NCBI GenBank assembly: GCA_900088475.1 | Contig: FLMG01002622.1 | Span: forward strand, 62,001 to 126,000 | Direction of reading: 5' to 3' | Source of the DNA: Hyphochytrium catenoides | Taxonomy: Eukaryota > Protista > Hyphochytriomycota | Length of the DNA: 64,000 nucleotides | Shown here: positions 1-12,939 of the stretch, one piece after another | Numbering within the stretch: the stretch's first letter is position 1 | Layout of the letters: every line of letters begins with the position of its first letter | Translations under genes and position numbers: made by a program | Notes under the pieces: generated by a model | The model's input: the letters and a program-made list of their open reading frames with translations, nothing else | What the model was told of the DNA's origin: nothing | Databases searched by the model: none

Positions 1-189
1 TTCTGGCCTTACACCCTGGTACTTCATTGGCAATTCATGATGAAGAGGAGCAGGATCCCTTTGTTCTTCTTCTTCTGACAGGAGAAGAGTGAAGATCGTG
101 TTGGCTTGGTTCCTCTTCTTCTCGTCGTCGTCCTTCCTCTTCCTCCATTATTCTTCTGGGTGCGTGAGAAGAAGATGTAGTTTGTGAGA

Positions 190-615
190 CTGAGGCGGGT
201 CTCAAGAGAGAGAGAGTGAGAGAAGAAGGTGCTCTGTCTGTTCCTTGGCTGGCCAGGCCTCAGTTCAGACAACAAGCGCCAGGCAGAGGAAGACTTCGCG
301 AGAACACACTGAAGCAGCAAAGGGTCTTCTACTTCAGAAAGAAGTTTATTAACTGAAATATAGAGGGTAAGAGGGAGTCTCCCTTGCGAGAAGTAGTGTC
401 AACAGGCTACTCTAATAACATGAATGAGAGAGAGGGAAGAAAGGGAAAAGGAAGAGAGCATCCTTCGTCAGAGCCACTCGTTGCCGACTCTAGTCGGGAC
501 TACCTGCCTGAGAGTACTCTCAACAAAGAGGAGAGGCCACATCCCATACACCGGTCGATCCGTGTCCAGTGCGCAATTAGGTGGTTAGCAGCCGTCAGAG
601 GAGATATACATATAA
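190..615. repeat. Dispersed ~430-bp repeat, copy 1 (segments A ~190-440 and B ~440-615)
   Basis: The reverse complement matches 7094-7548 (e.g. ggctggccaggcctcagttcagacaa vs ttgtctgaactgaggcctggccagcc). Segment B matches 7551-7729 directly (catcccatacaccggtcgatccgtgtc). Confidence 0.9.
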
Positions 616-3600
616 GATGGGCTGACAAAGAAAGAAGAGCAAAGAGGTCCTCCCAGGAAAGATGATTCCCCGCCACTGCCATTGGGTGATGGTGCACTGG
701 CCCAAGGACGGGCACAAGGACTCTTCATCTCTTCTTGCCGCCTGACTCTTTCTGTAGGTAGCAGAAGAAGCATGCTTCCGCGCATGAGATGTGGTCTCAA
801 CTGCTGTTGTTCATGGCATAATAATCTTCTATCGTCGTGTAAGGCAGAAAGAAGGGAGGGCTTTCTTCAGAGGTTCTCTTCTCCTCTGGATCACCCGTGT
901 GATGTCCAACCATGGGGCGGTCTCTTCTCCCCTCATCTTTCTATTCTGCCATCATCTGCACTATTCCTCTTCACCAATTATTGGAGCACGACTACTAGGG
1001 AAGCAACAAAGGCAGAAGGAGGAAGAAAGATAAACAAGGCGCTTGCTGGCTGCTTGCAGAGACAAGACCACGAAGGAAGGGCTAAGTCACGACTGTTTGG
1101 TTGGAAATACGCATGTTAAAGTCCTTGACAGCTGCAGCGGTCAAGCAAGATGCATCAGAGCACTCTCCAGTCGCAGCGTTTTGAAGAAAGATGTTGAGAT
1201 AGTAGGGAAGAGGAAGCCTTTTCTTCCGCTTCTATCAGTAACATGAAGTTCATAGGTATGAGGGCAACAACAGCCAACAAAAGACAGGTCCTGAGAGAAG
1301 GGAACAGGCAGCAGAAGTAGAGCAGAGAAACCAAGCCACCAAAGGCCCTCGCTCGACTTCTCCCGAGGCCCGTTGTCATCATAGCCTTGACAGAGTAGGA
1401 GGAAAGACAGTGATAGGAGCTTTCTTAAAAGCGCTTCACCAAGAGAAAGAAAAAGCAGAAGAAGAAAGCGCGACCTACTCGTAAGTGGGCCACAAGAGGA
1501 GACAAGAAGAACAGGCCACGACAGTATAATCTCAAAGATACGGAAGAGTAGCAGCAGCACATCGGCGGTGCGGTGAGGAGAGAGAAAGTCATGAGGAGTC
1601 TCGGTCACCAACGACGCTAGCATCAGATACATCTTTCCTTCTCCCTCCTCCTAATCCCAGGACTTCAGCGTAGAACTGCTCGCTAGAGACGTAGTAGTTC
1701 CTCCATTTCTGGGTGTAATGGACTGAGCTCACGAAGCGCAAGAAGAAGCCAGAGTCTCTGGAGCTGCGAGAGACGGATCTGACAAGCCTGAGTCTTCATG
1801 TACAAAAGAAAATGTTGAGATCCTCCTCCATGTGCGCGGCAGCCCATCGCTTCGAGCGCAAAATGGTTCAGAGCTTGTCCGCAGGGATAATCGGTAGGCT
1901 TTCTAAGGCTCAAAGAAGAGTAAAAGGCTTGAGAGGGTACTGCCCGCTTGTTGCCAACGTAGGAGCTAGACCTCAAGGTCAAGGAAGGAAGAAGATAAAG
2001 AAGACTTGGATTGCTTATTATCTTCATAGGTTACTATATGAGATGATCACATGCATGGAACTCCCGACGGGACCGACGAGCAGCCCCGAGCAACAAGAAA
2101 GAAGCTCGGGACCTGCATGAGCGCCTCGCCTTGACTCGTGAAAGCTCCTATAGAAAGAGATGAATGTCACCGCTAAGAAGGCTACTGATCGGCTGCGGGC
2201 GGCGGCCCTACTTCTTGCTCTTGGCTTCACGAGGTGCAGCAGAGGCCAGATGGGCGGATGAAGAGGAAGATTTGAACCAGCTAGGAAGTACCCAGGCTTC
2301 CTTCTTCTTCCGCGCCGAGGATCCTCCTGCGCCACCTGCCTTCTCCGCGTCTTGTTCTTGTTGTTCCTTCCTCTTTCTCTCCTCCTCCTCCCGCTTCAAC
2401 TGCTGGACTAGTAGCCCGCTGAGTCCGGAGCCGCCACGACCCATTGTTCTCCTTCCTGTTCTGCTGTTTGACAAAAGAGAGGAGATGGAAGAGATATCCT
2501 TGTCTTGTCCTCGCTGTCTTCTTGTATAGTAGACGGAGCTGCTGAAGATTTCAGCAGGCTTGCTGCTGGGCAGGAAGAAGTAAAAGGCAAAGTGAACGGC
2601 GAGACGGGTGCTCGTTTCAAAATAGTCGACTGCTGTCTCCCCTTTGCTCTTCCGCCTTTGAAGTCTCGCACTCTCTCTCGCTTCTATATCAAACTAGGGC
2701 AGAAACCTCAGTCTTCCATCCTCCTCCTCTTCTTGTTCTTGGGTCGCTTTCTTCCCCTTTCTTGCCCTTGCTTTTCCTCCTGTTGACTGTGCTCAGCAGG
2801 CTGTTGAGGCCTTAGAACAGTCCTTCCAATCCATGCTGCCGTCTCCTGGTCCAAAATTATGAGTCAGACATCTTTCTTCTTCTTGTTCTGCATGTCCTGT
2901 CCTGCCTGCCTGTTGACGCTCTTCTTCCTCGTCTTTTCCTGCTTGCCGGGTGGTGGCAATCACTCGCTTGCACNNNNNNNNNNNNNNNNNNNNNNNNNNN
3001 NNNNNNNNNNNNNNNNNNNNNNNNNNNNNNNNNNNNNNNNNNNNNNNNNNNNNNNNNNNNNNNNNNNNNNNNNNNNNNNNNNNNNNNNNNNNNNNNNNNN
3101 NNNNNNNNNNNNNNNNNNNNNNNNNNNNNNNNNNNNNNNNNNNNGTGTTGCTTGCTTTCTAACTTCATCCATCGAACAAGCGGGGCCCCGTTTCCACTTG
3201 CACTCCTCTCTTCTCATCATAGAAGAAGAAGATGGATGGAGCCTCTCTTCTATCTCGTAGGAGACCACCACTGTGTTTGCTGCTGCTGCTCTTTAGAAAG
3301 AGAGGACAAAGCGAGAGGAGACAACCAACAACCCGGAGAAGCGAAGGAGGAGAGAGAGAGAGAAGAGAAAGGGAGAGGAGGGTTTTTGCCTTAGTGGGGA
3401 AGGCCGCTCGCTGTTCCGTCGTTATAAACAGCCAAAGACTGGATGGAGATGGAGAGAGAGACAGCGTGGCGGGGGCATGATGGAACATCGAAGTATGCTG
3501 GTTCGAAATAGGTAACGTCTTATGCCCTCAGTTTACGGCAGAACGGCGTGCAAATCAAGCATTTCCATATGAGCTTTTCTTAGGTCCTTTGCTTTCTTTT

Positions 3601-3653
3601 GGTTTGTCAAGCGGTTTGGGCCTGGGGGGGTTGGGGANNNNNNNNNNNNNNNN

Positions 3654-3835
3654 GAGAGAGAGAGAGAGAGAGGGAGAGAAAGGGAGAGAGAGAGAGAGAG
3701 GGAGAGAGAGAATGAGAAAAGAGAGAGAGAGAGGAGAGAGAGGAGAAAGAGAGAAGAGAGCGAGAAAGAGAAGAAAGAGAGAGAGGGGGAGAGAGAGAGA
3801 GATAAAAAAGGAGAGAGAGAAAGAAGAGAGACAGG

Positions 3836-3866
<31 letters not shown>

Positions 3867-4030
3867 AAGAGAGGAGAGAGAGAGAAGAAAAGAAAGAGAG
3901 AGATAAAACATGAGAGAAAGAGAGGAGAGAAGAAAGAAAACAGAGAGAGAAAGAGAGGAAAAGAGAGAAAGAGGAGAAGAGAGAGACAGAGAGACAGAGA
4001 CAGAGAGAGAGAGAGGGAGAGAAAAGACAG
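3654..4030. repeat. Long degenerate (GA)n polypurine tract, representative of dozens of (GA)n/(CT)n tracts across the window
   Basis: Directly visible. It accounts for the many spurious RERE/SLSL ORFs. Confidence 0.95.
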
Positions 4031-4187
4031 GAGCGGAGAACACAAAGGGTAGGAGGGTGGGGGTCCCCAGCCACTGAGGCTCTTCATGTCGTTGATGATG
4101 GCGGTCCTGACACCGACTCCTTCTTCCTCCTCAGCTTCAAGGCTCACAAGGGCAGGCAGGCAGGCAGGCAGGCAGGAGCAGGCTTCC

Positions 4188-4537
4188 TTCTCTGCAAGCA
4201 AGACACGAGCTTTAGTGGTAGATCTTCTCCAGAGATGCATCCGTCGTCGGTCCGAAGCTTCAGATTATCTGTCTTCACTTCCGTTCTTCTGCAGGCCCAT
4301 TGCCAAATGAAAAGCTCCTGGAACTATGATATTATGGCGCCGCTTAGAAGTATCTATCACAACTATTCTCTGCAAGACACGAGCTTTAGTCGTTTAGATC
4401 CCTAAGATGCATCCGTCGTCGGTCCGAAGCTTCAGATTATCTGTCTTCACTTCCGTTCTCTGCAGGCCCATTGCCAACTGAAAAGCTCCTGGAACTATGA
4501 TATTATGGCGCCGCTTAGAAGTATCATCTATCACAAC
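4188..4537. repeat. Tandem duplication, two ~175-bp units
   Basis: The block agatgcatccgtcgtcggtccgaagcttcagattatctgtcttcacttccgttc...ctatgatattatggcgccgcttagaagtatc occurs twice back to back. Confidence 0.9.
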
Positions 4538-5416
4538 CACCGTCCGTTAAAGTGGACTTCATGATGACTGATGACCAGAAGATAATAGACACAGAACAGG
4601 CAACAGCGGAGAACCTTCTTCTTCTTTCTTCGACCTCAACGTACTTCGTACCATCCAGCCTGCCTGCCTGCTTGCCATCAGAAAGAGGAGAGACTCTTCT
4701 TACAGCTCACACCGCATCTTGCAGTTATTTAATTCTTCAATAGAAATGGCGGAATGCTACCAGGCAACGTGCAGACAACATGACAAAAGCTACAAGGACG
4801 TCTCAGCAGATGGTGAGCTTTGATCCACGATAGGGAACAGTCATTGTACAGGGCAGCAGTATATACCAACGACCAGTTGCTGGAGTCTGGACTAGGACCT
4901 CTGAAGTTCCTTCCTGGTGGGATGGCGTTGTATGAAGACGGTTGCACCTGCATTGGGATCTCTGCTGCTGGTCTTACTTCGAGAGTATCTAGGGCCCTGA
5001 GTAACTTTCAGCATTGGATGGGTTACAGGCACGCTGCCGTTGATGAGGCTTTGCATGGTATGGGTCCTGGTATGGGTAGGTCCAGCAGGAGGTTGATGAA
5101 GCACTTTGCTCGGCTTGTTTGGGACGTAGTAGAGAACAAAGCGGATCCTTATCATCTGCTCAGGATACGAAGCGATGTAGCTTGCTTGCTTTTCCTACAA
5201 GTGAGAGTTGCGATGATCTCCAAACTCTGCCACCAGCTACCCTGGATTGTACTGCCATCATGTCTCGGAGCAGGACTATAATTCTTTGGCTATTACGTTC
5301 ATCAACAGCGGTGCAGATACGCCGGTTCATCTCCTAAGAACTTGCTACTACTGAAGGCTGGCCGGCCCTAGCTCATAATCGTCTGCACAGCAGCTTCACG
5401 AAAGCACCATCAGAAG

Positions 5417-5985
5417 TCAGGACGGTCCACTGCTAATGACTACTCTTAAGTGTGACGCAATGGGGCTAACTAAGTGTTCGTTATTAGAGTTGCTGCCAAA
5501 GAGGCTACACTCACTGTCGGCGTTAGGAAGCTTGGACTTGAAGGCTCTTGGGGCTACACTTGGGGCCTCTCTAGACAGCGACTTATCCCGCAAGACGGTC
5601 CTCTCGGTCTTCTTGCGTTGCATCTTCCTCCTCCTTCACAAGATGAACACGGCTCCTACACTAAGGAGAACTCCACCAACGACACAGCAGGTAATGACCG
5701 TATCCCTTGTGGAGCAAAACCTTGGCGCGAAGCCTGGAGCCTCTGATGGGAAGCAGGTGATGCCTGTGTCCTCAACATTTTCCAGGAAGATGCAGGAACT
5801 TCGAGGTCAAGCACAGATTGGCACGCTGAAAGGTTTTGATGGTTCGTCAGGAACACTCCTTTGGGAAGAGGGAGGTAGCGACGCCACTTCTTTCAGGATT
5901 ACCTTGGAAACACCTGAATAAGCAAAAGCTCGGACTAATGCAAGCACACGATTGAGAGTAGGGCGGGGAGACTCGCAGAAAAGTT
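5417..5985 (-). pseudogene. Possible decayed single-pass membrane protein gene fragment
   Basis: One minus frame reads ...ICA*PRSSCIFLENVEDTGITCFPSEAPGFAPRFCSTRDTVITCCVVGGVLLSVGAVFIL*RRRKMQRKK...: a hydrophobic helix plus a basic stop-transfer segment, interrupted by TGA codons. Confidence 0.3.
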
Positions 5986-7093
5986 AAAGAGATGAGATGG
6001 AGGAAAGTCTACGTTGATGCTGGAGAGGACGTTGTGCCTCAATGACAATGACCGGACTACGCTAGTAACAAACAAGGAGAGCCTGATCAGTCGCTTTCTC
6101 TTTTATATAAAGATCCACTTCGGAAGACAGAAGAGTCTCAACGCTTGCTAGAAAGATGTGATGAAAGGCTGGAGGTGGTAGGCAGATGCAAACAAGGACT
6201 AGAAGACAAGGGCAGCTATTACTTCTTCACCCTACTGATGATCTTCCTGGCCATGTCAAAAAGGAGAAGGAGATAGCAACGCCAGGAGGAGGCAACAGGA
6301 GTCTGGCCAGCCAATGCTTGCAGCTACTCAAGCGAGGCTGGGACCAGAGTATTGATGACTTCCGTGAGTCTGGAGAAGGTAAGGCTCCTATAGAGTCACG
6401 GCTTAGATTCTGATGTAGAAGGACGACGAGTGGGCAACAACGTTACGACATCCTCACTATAGTGCGAGGATGGACTCCATCGCATCGGCAATCTTCAACG
6501 TAGCTTGTATGATTCAGCGCGATGATGATGATGGTCTCGCCGCCACGCCCCTTTCTTCTTCTTCTTCTCCTCCGTCTCCTATCATCATTGCGGAAGAGTT
6601 CAACTATGGAGGAGAACGCGTTGTAGAGTCCAGGGCTTTGTAGCTCTCACCTCCTCTTCATTTCATTTCTCTTCTCCTTCTTCTTCTTCTTCTCCTTCGT
6701 CTTCTTCTTCTTCGTCTTGTTGTTCTCGTCCTTCTCTTCTCTTCTTCTTCTTCCTCTTTTGCTTCTTCATAGAATCAGTAGTAGCTATGATCTTCTCTAT
6801 AAAAATAAAAGAGATTGCCGCCTTCAGCGCCCTTCCTTGCCGCCTTTCATCCTTCTCTTCCTCTGCTCCCTTCTTCTGCTCTCCTTTCTGCCTCGTCTTC
6901 TACTCCTGCCGCCTGCTCCAGCTCCAGCTCCAGCAGCTCCTGACAATGCCCTTCCTTTAGTTGTCGGTCAGGAGGAAAGATCAAGACTTTTTTTTCTCTC
7001 GCATTATTGGAGAGGAGGAGGACGAACTCCTCCCCGCCACTTCCTCAGCGGCCCCACAACCGCCTCCGGCCAATGGCTGACCCTCAGGGACCG

Positions 7094-7548
7094 GGTGTTA
7101 TATGTATATCTCCTCCGACGGCTGCTAACCACCGGGTTGCGCTCTAGACACGGATCGACCGGTGTATGGGATGTGACCTCTTCTCTTTGAGAGTACTCTC
7201 AGGACGGGTAGTCCCGACTAGAGTCAGCAACGAATGGCTCTGAAAAGGATGCTCTCTTCCTTTTCCCTTTCTTCTCTCTTTCTCTTTGCATGTTATTAGA
7301 ATAGCCTGTTGACATTACTTCTCTTGCATGTTACTCTTCTATCTTTGCATTCTCAGGTAGACTGACTCTCTCGCAAGGGAGACTCCTCTCAGTCAATAAA
7401 CTTCTTTCTGAAGTAGAAGACCCTTTGCTACTTGCGTGTGTTCCCGCGAAGTCTTCCTCTGCGTGGTGCTTGTCTGAACTGAGGCCTGGCCAGCCAAGGT
7501 ACAGACAGAGCACCTTCTTCTCTCTCACTCTCTTGAGATCTGCATCAG
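7094..7548. repeat. Dispersed repeat, copy 2 (inverted relative to 190-615, with a ~45-bp insertion)
   Basis: Reverse-complement match to 190-615. Confidence 0.9.
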
Positions 7549-7550
7549 AT

Positions 7551-7729
7551 GAAAGGGAAAAGGAAGAGAGCATCCTTCGTCAGAGCCATTCGTTGCTGAC
7601 TCTAGTCGGGACTACCCCTTCCTGAGAGTACTCTCAAAGAGAAGAGGTCACATCCCATACACCGGTCGATCCGTGTCTAGAGCGCAACCCGGTGGTTAGC
7701 AGCCGTCGAGGAGATATACATATAACACC
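7551..7729. repeat. Third copy of segment B; forms a ~180-bp-arm inverted repeat with 7094-7271
   Basis: Near-perfect reverse complement of 7094-7271. The ORF track also shows the same peptide (RRLLTTGLRSRHGSTGVWDVTSSL) on both strands. Confidence 0.92.
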
Positions 7730-9186
7730 GGGTGAGGTTCCTCCTGCTTTGCTCTTCTCTTCTCTTTGGCCTGTTATACTTCTGTCCTGCTTCTCTTTTA
7801 TGTCTCCGTGGTGCATCTATTGCTCTTCAAACTGCAGTCGACTTCACACTCTCTACTAATGTCTGAAGACTAAAGGCCACATCAAGATAAAGGAAAGCCC
7901 GGCCATAATGCAATCAACTTTCTGCTGCTGGAGAGCTGAGAGTTCTTCTGCTGTCGACTTTCTTCCATGACATTCAAAGAAAGAGGAGGTGGCTGAGGAG
8001 TGTCCCAGGCGTTGCCACAGAGATGAATGACAACAAGGTAGATCACCAACATCACGTGGGTTATCTCGGTTGATGACCACATCATAGGATCCGACACGAA
8101 GTAAGTCACCTCCACACCGCAGAAGGAGGAGGGAAGCGTGCTCCTTTTGGTGGAGAACAGCTGTCAGCTCCCTCCGTCCGAAGGTTGGCTTTCATGACGA
8201 TCTTCGTCAAGCTTTTTACGTTCTAAAGCAGAGAGTAAAGCGCCTTGCTTTTCAAATCCTGAGTGAGAAGTCGACTCTCAATCCTTCTGGCGATCCTTCT
8301 GGTCGGATACCTCATCTTCTCATTGTTGGAGAGAAATGCCCTATTAAAGACAAGCATCATAGTGTTTGCACTCGAGATCCCCAAGAGAGTCCAAGGTCCA
8401 GTTGATCTCTAGCGCGATCACGAGCCAGCTTATCAGAGTAGGGGCGCGTTGATGGCCCGCTGTCCAGAGTACAAGGAGTTACCAGCGTGTGCCTCTAGCC
8501 TCCACCAATCGAGAACCCTCGTACTCCTTTCTAACCCTACTCTAACCCTAAGCCTTTCTCTTCAGCAAGAGAAATGATAGATGACGAAGATTCCTCATTG
8601 TGACGAAGAAGAGAGAAGAAGAAGAAGGACCGCCCGTTGGCTTGCTTAACCATCATCATCACTCCTGCGACTTACTTCTGAGGTAGGAAGAAGGAAGCAG
8701 GAAAAGCTTGAAGCCAAGAAATCAAGAAGAGCGATAGCAAGCAAGGAGGGACCCATCGACGATGTGCAGAGGAGGAGGCCGCACAAGCAGTGTCAGCAGC
8801 AGCAGCAGAAAAGAAGAATGAAGAGAAAGAAAAGACGAGGAAAGCTAAAGAGAAGTCCTCTCCGGGAGATAAAGAAGATCATCACGAACAAGAGACGTTG
8901 CCCAGCTTCTTCGATGATGTCTCTCCACGGCCGTGTCCATGAGCTAAGAGCTAGTCCCACCAAGAGGAAGACCCGGATTCCTCTAGCCTCTGACGATTAT
9001 TCCTCCTCCTCTATATATTCTCCTACTACCTCCTACTCTCTCCTTCCTCTCCTCTCTTTTCTTCGTCATCTTCCTTCTCTCTCTCTCCTCCCTCTCTCTC
9101 GCCTCTCTCTCTCTCTCTCTCTNNNNNNNNNNNNNNNNNNNNNNNNNNNNNNNNNNNNNNNNNNNNNNNNNNNNNNNNNNNNNNNT

Positions 9187-9218
<32 letters not shown>

Positions 9219-10544
9219 CTCTGTGTCTCCCTATCGCTCTCTATCGCTCTCCAATATTTTCCCTACCTCTTCTCGCTTTGCCGCGCCGTTTCCTCCTCTC
9301 TCCCTGGTTTTCTCCCTTTTCTCTCTCTTCCCTCTCTCTATCTCTCTCTCTCTCTCGTTCGCTCTGTCTCTTTATAGAAAATGGTACCCACCAGAAAAGT
9401 GTCTCTCGTGCATTGGACCGTGGTGGCTGCTTCTCAAAGCTTTCTGCTGCAGAGAAAACCATAGAGTTGCGCTCATCCAACAAGAAGAAGTAGCGGCTCT
9501 GTTTCGGTGTGCCAGGTTAAGGCCTCAACCCATTCTCTTCTCCGTGGTTCAGGACAAGAGAGCATAGCCACGCGAGACCCTGTCAGAGCTCTGCTAAGAA
9601 GAGTGACGAGCCTGCTCTCGATGCTGCGCCCTGCTCCGCAGCAATGACAGTTTCTCCATACATTACTATATTAGAAAGTGGTCTCTATCGTTTGAGGCTT
9701 CCATAAGTTATGAAAGCAGGAAGGCTTCTCCATCGTTCAATTCTCCACCATCAAAGCATCTGCTTTGTTGCTGGCGCCGTGAGAACCACTACTTTAAAAG
9801 GTGAAGCAGAGGAGGACAAAGTCTCTCTCTCTCTCTCTGCCCCTCCGCGCTCCTCGTTTTCTCCATTATTGGGAGCCTCTTCCCTGGTGTTTCCTTTCCT
9901 GCTGCCGGCTGTGACGTGCTCTCTTTCGTCCATTGGCTGTCTTTCCCAGCGTAGGAGTAGCTGACCCCTGGCTAGGAGAGGTGGAAATTGTCCCAAGATG
10001 AGAAAAGAAAGAAAGGCGAGCAGCCGGAGAGAGAAGTAAGGAAGAAAACAAGGACAAGAGAGCGATGCCGGTGAAGAAGAGAGAGAAATAGAAAGCGAGA
10101 AAGATAGGCAAAAAGGGAGAGACGGACAGAGAGAGACAGAGAGAGACATAGAACGCGAGAAAGATAGGCAAAAAGAGAGAGACAGACAGAGAGAGACAGA
10201 GAGAGACGGAGATCTTCCCGTGGAAAGAAAATAAGACGAATCTAGATGTCTCTCCTCCGTTCAAAGCTATCTCGGCAGAAGGTGCCATTCGTGAGCCTCA
10301 TTGAGGGGCGCTCGCCTTCTTCTTTCCCTCACTCCTCTCTCTTGCTATCTTCTCCTCTCCTGAGCTCTCTCTTCTCCCCCTGCAGCTTCCCTCTTCTATC
10401 CAAAGGATTGATCAGTCAGTCTCTGGGGAAGGACATAGAGGAAAGGTTTCGTAGCACGAAGTCTTGCTTTAGACATATTAAAAGAATAGAACACATTGAG
10501 CTGTACATGAGCCTGCTAGGGTACGTCGCCTAGACCAGAGATTT

Positions 10545-10581
<37 letters not shown>

Positions 10582-10709
10582 GCCTGTCTTTCTGCTGTGT
10601 AGCTATGTCTAAGGATAGGAAGGGCTTCACTTTCTCTTGCTTCTCTCTTCTTGTTTTGTTTTTCTCCCTGTCTCTCTCTTTCTCCTCTCTTCTCGCTTTG
10701 ATGGTCCGT

Positions 10710-11378
10710 TTACCAAGAGACCTTCTGCCCATACTCCGAGTAATAGGTAATGACTGGCTTCATCACTCGATTGGCGTCAGATGGGTCGAGCCAGATTCTG
10801 CATCTGTCAAATGGTGGAGCGTAAAGGTGAAGACTGATGGCGTTCTCTGAACCCTTGCAGCCAACTTTGTGAAAGCCCATGTAGTCTAGCATGAGACAGG
10901 AGGACGGTGCAGAGCAAGAAGTGAGACGAGAAATAAGTTATACGGGGGCGAGAGACAGAGAGAGAGAGTCAGTTACATGCAGGGGCGCGCCGCCCAGGAA
11001 GGAGGAAAGAGAATATTATAAGAACGGGCTCAACGTAGAGAGATACGCAAAAGTCGAAGTCGCGTGGAAAAACAGCAACGAGAGAGAGAGAGAGAAGAGA
11101 AAGATATGCGGAGAGAGAGATCAAGACAAAGAGAGCTAGTGAAGATCAACCAGCAGCTTGGTCCCTACCGTCAATGTATGCAACTTCTCCTGTGTTGACT
11201 AGCAGTCTAGATGTCTCCTTCATCTTCTCCTCTTTGCATTCATATCTGCACTCCTCCACACTCCCTTGCACAACCTTCAGCCAGCAGCCATCACAGGGAT
11301 GATCGTGGATTGGACTGCAGGACGCGATAACGGCGGGAGATGAATGGATTTGGGATATGAAGAGCCATACGTATGAGC

Positions 11379-11409
<31 letters not shown>

Positions 11410-11570
11410 ATTTGGCACAGCGAAAGAGGAAGAGTTAGCTTTTTATGCAGTGTCGGTTCGTGCTGTTCTCTATGCTTTTGCTTAGCAGGTTCTTTCTTTT
11501 CTCTCATTCACAATATCCTGGTGCTGCCCCAATCTCCTTTCATATTTGGTCTCCCCTCTCTAACTACCCG

Positions 11571-11604
<34 letters not shown>

Positions 11605-12129
11605 NNNNNNNNNNNNNNTCTCTCTCTCTCCCCCCCTCCTTTCTCCCCCTCTCTCACTCTCTCTTCCCTTTTCCTCTCCATGTCTACTTCCGTTCTCCAT
11701 TTGGCTGGCTGTTTCTCTTTGTCTTACCTGAACTTGCCCTCGTTCCAACAGAGGAGCATTAAAGTGTACGTCTGATTGTCAGTGGCGATGAGGTTCCTGG
11801 TGTAGTTCTTTCCGCTGTCGAAGAAGATGAACTGAGAGAGCTCCTCCATGTCAGGATCATACCTCCTGCCAGATAACGCCAGACGAACGAAAGAGGAAGA
11901 GAACGTCAGCCAGAGTTAAACGTAGGGAGACAACGACAGAGAGACAGGCCTCAGAACACACGAGAGAACGAGAACGCGAGAGAAGCAAAGAGAGAGAAAT
12001 GTGATCCAGGACGATGACTGCTACAACAACAAAGAAAAAGAGAGAAAGAGAGAGACAGAGAGAGAGAGAGAGAAGAGAAAGGAGCGAGAAGGGTGGGGCG
12101 GCGTAGAGCGGCAGTGAATTCTTGCAAAA

Positions 12130-12185
<56 letters not shown>

Positions 12186-12602
12186 CAGAGACAGGCCCAC
12201 GCGGAAGCACAGAGTCTTACTCCATGAGGCTCATGATTTGGTCTCTAAGTTCTTCCTTCGAAGCCCGCGCCAGGATTGCCTCAGCTTCTTCAATGAAATC
12301 TGCCATAGAAGAGATCCTCTGTGGCTCCTCTTGTTTCTCTCCTTCTGCCAGTCTTGCCTTGGACCTCTGACGGCCTTCTTCTTCTGGAGAAGAGGAAAAA
12401 GGATGAAGGAGGGCAGCCAAAGCGAGACATTGAGAGAAAGAGGCGCGTAAGTCGCGGCGATAGTCAGCCCGAAAGTAGAAGAAGAGTCCACAGCAAAGGT
12501 GCTCAAATGCGCCATCAGAGAGAGGAAAGGGAGAGGCAAAGGCTCTTCCTGGAGCTGCACAAAGATCTGACCCAACGAAGTAAGACCAATACAGAGAAAG
12601 AT

Positions 12603-12660
<58 letters not shown>

Positions 12661-12939
12661 CTTGATGGAGGAGCTAAGAGAGTGAAGCCTCTCTAGCAAC
12701 AGAGGGCGAGAGAAACAAAGATTTTCGAGCAGAAAGAGAGAGAGAAAGAGTGAGGAGTAGTTTCCTCGGTGATGGCCAAGAGAAGAAAGAGCCATGTAAG
12801 GAGGCGGCGGCGAGGAGATAGCCGCATTTCTCTCTTTCTCTCTCTCTCCTGTCATCTCACCTGTCGAGGGCAATAGGTGCTTCTTTCCCGTCATATGAGA
12901 GGAGCCTGATAATGCCGCGGTAGCCTCTCCGTCCTTCAT
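10710..12939 (-). CDS. CDO1: Cysteine dioxygenase type I (5 exons: ~12939-12861, 12383-12221, 11865-11728, 11314-11169, 10885-10710)
   Basis: GT-AG splicing with consistent phases gives FFDSGKNYTRNLIATDNQTYTLMLLCWNEGKFSPIHDHPCDGCWLKVVQG...AYIDDYMGFHKVG...AISLHLYAPPF. It has the YTRNL Arg, the HDH plus H iron triad, the SLHLY catalytic motif and the crosslink Cys. The first exon is the least certain. Confidence 0.93.

Noticed and set aside
440-480. Hammerhead ribozyme core (CUGACGA on the minus strand; also CUGAGGA at ~16084)
   Set aside because: There is no properly paired stem II followed by GAAA.
4892-5416. Extension of the 5417-5985 relic frame, or stop-codon reassignment
   Set aside because: Stop density is no lower than random, and the real genes here terminate normally with TAA, TAG and TGA.
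8531-8551. Telomere-like CTAACCCT x2
   Set aside because: Only two imperfect units, which is too short to call.
8560-9570. Charged coding-like fragments, and similar ones at 1140-2950
   Set aside because: They are interrupted by stops in all frames and have no recognisable family; at best decayed sequence.
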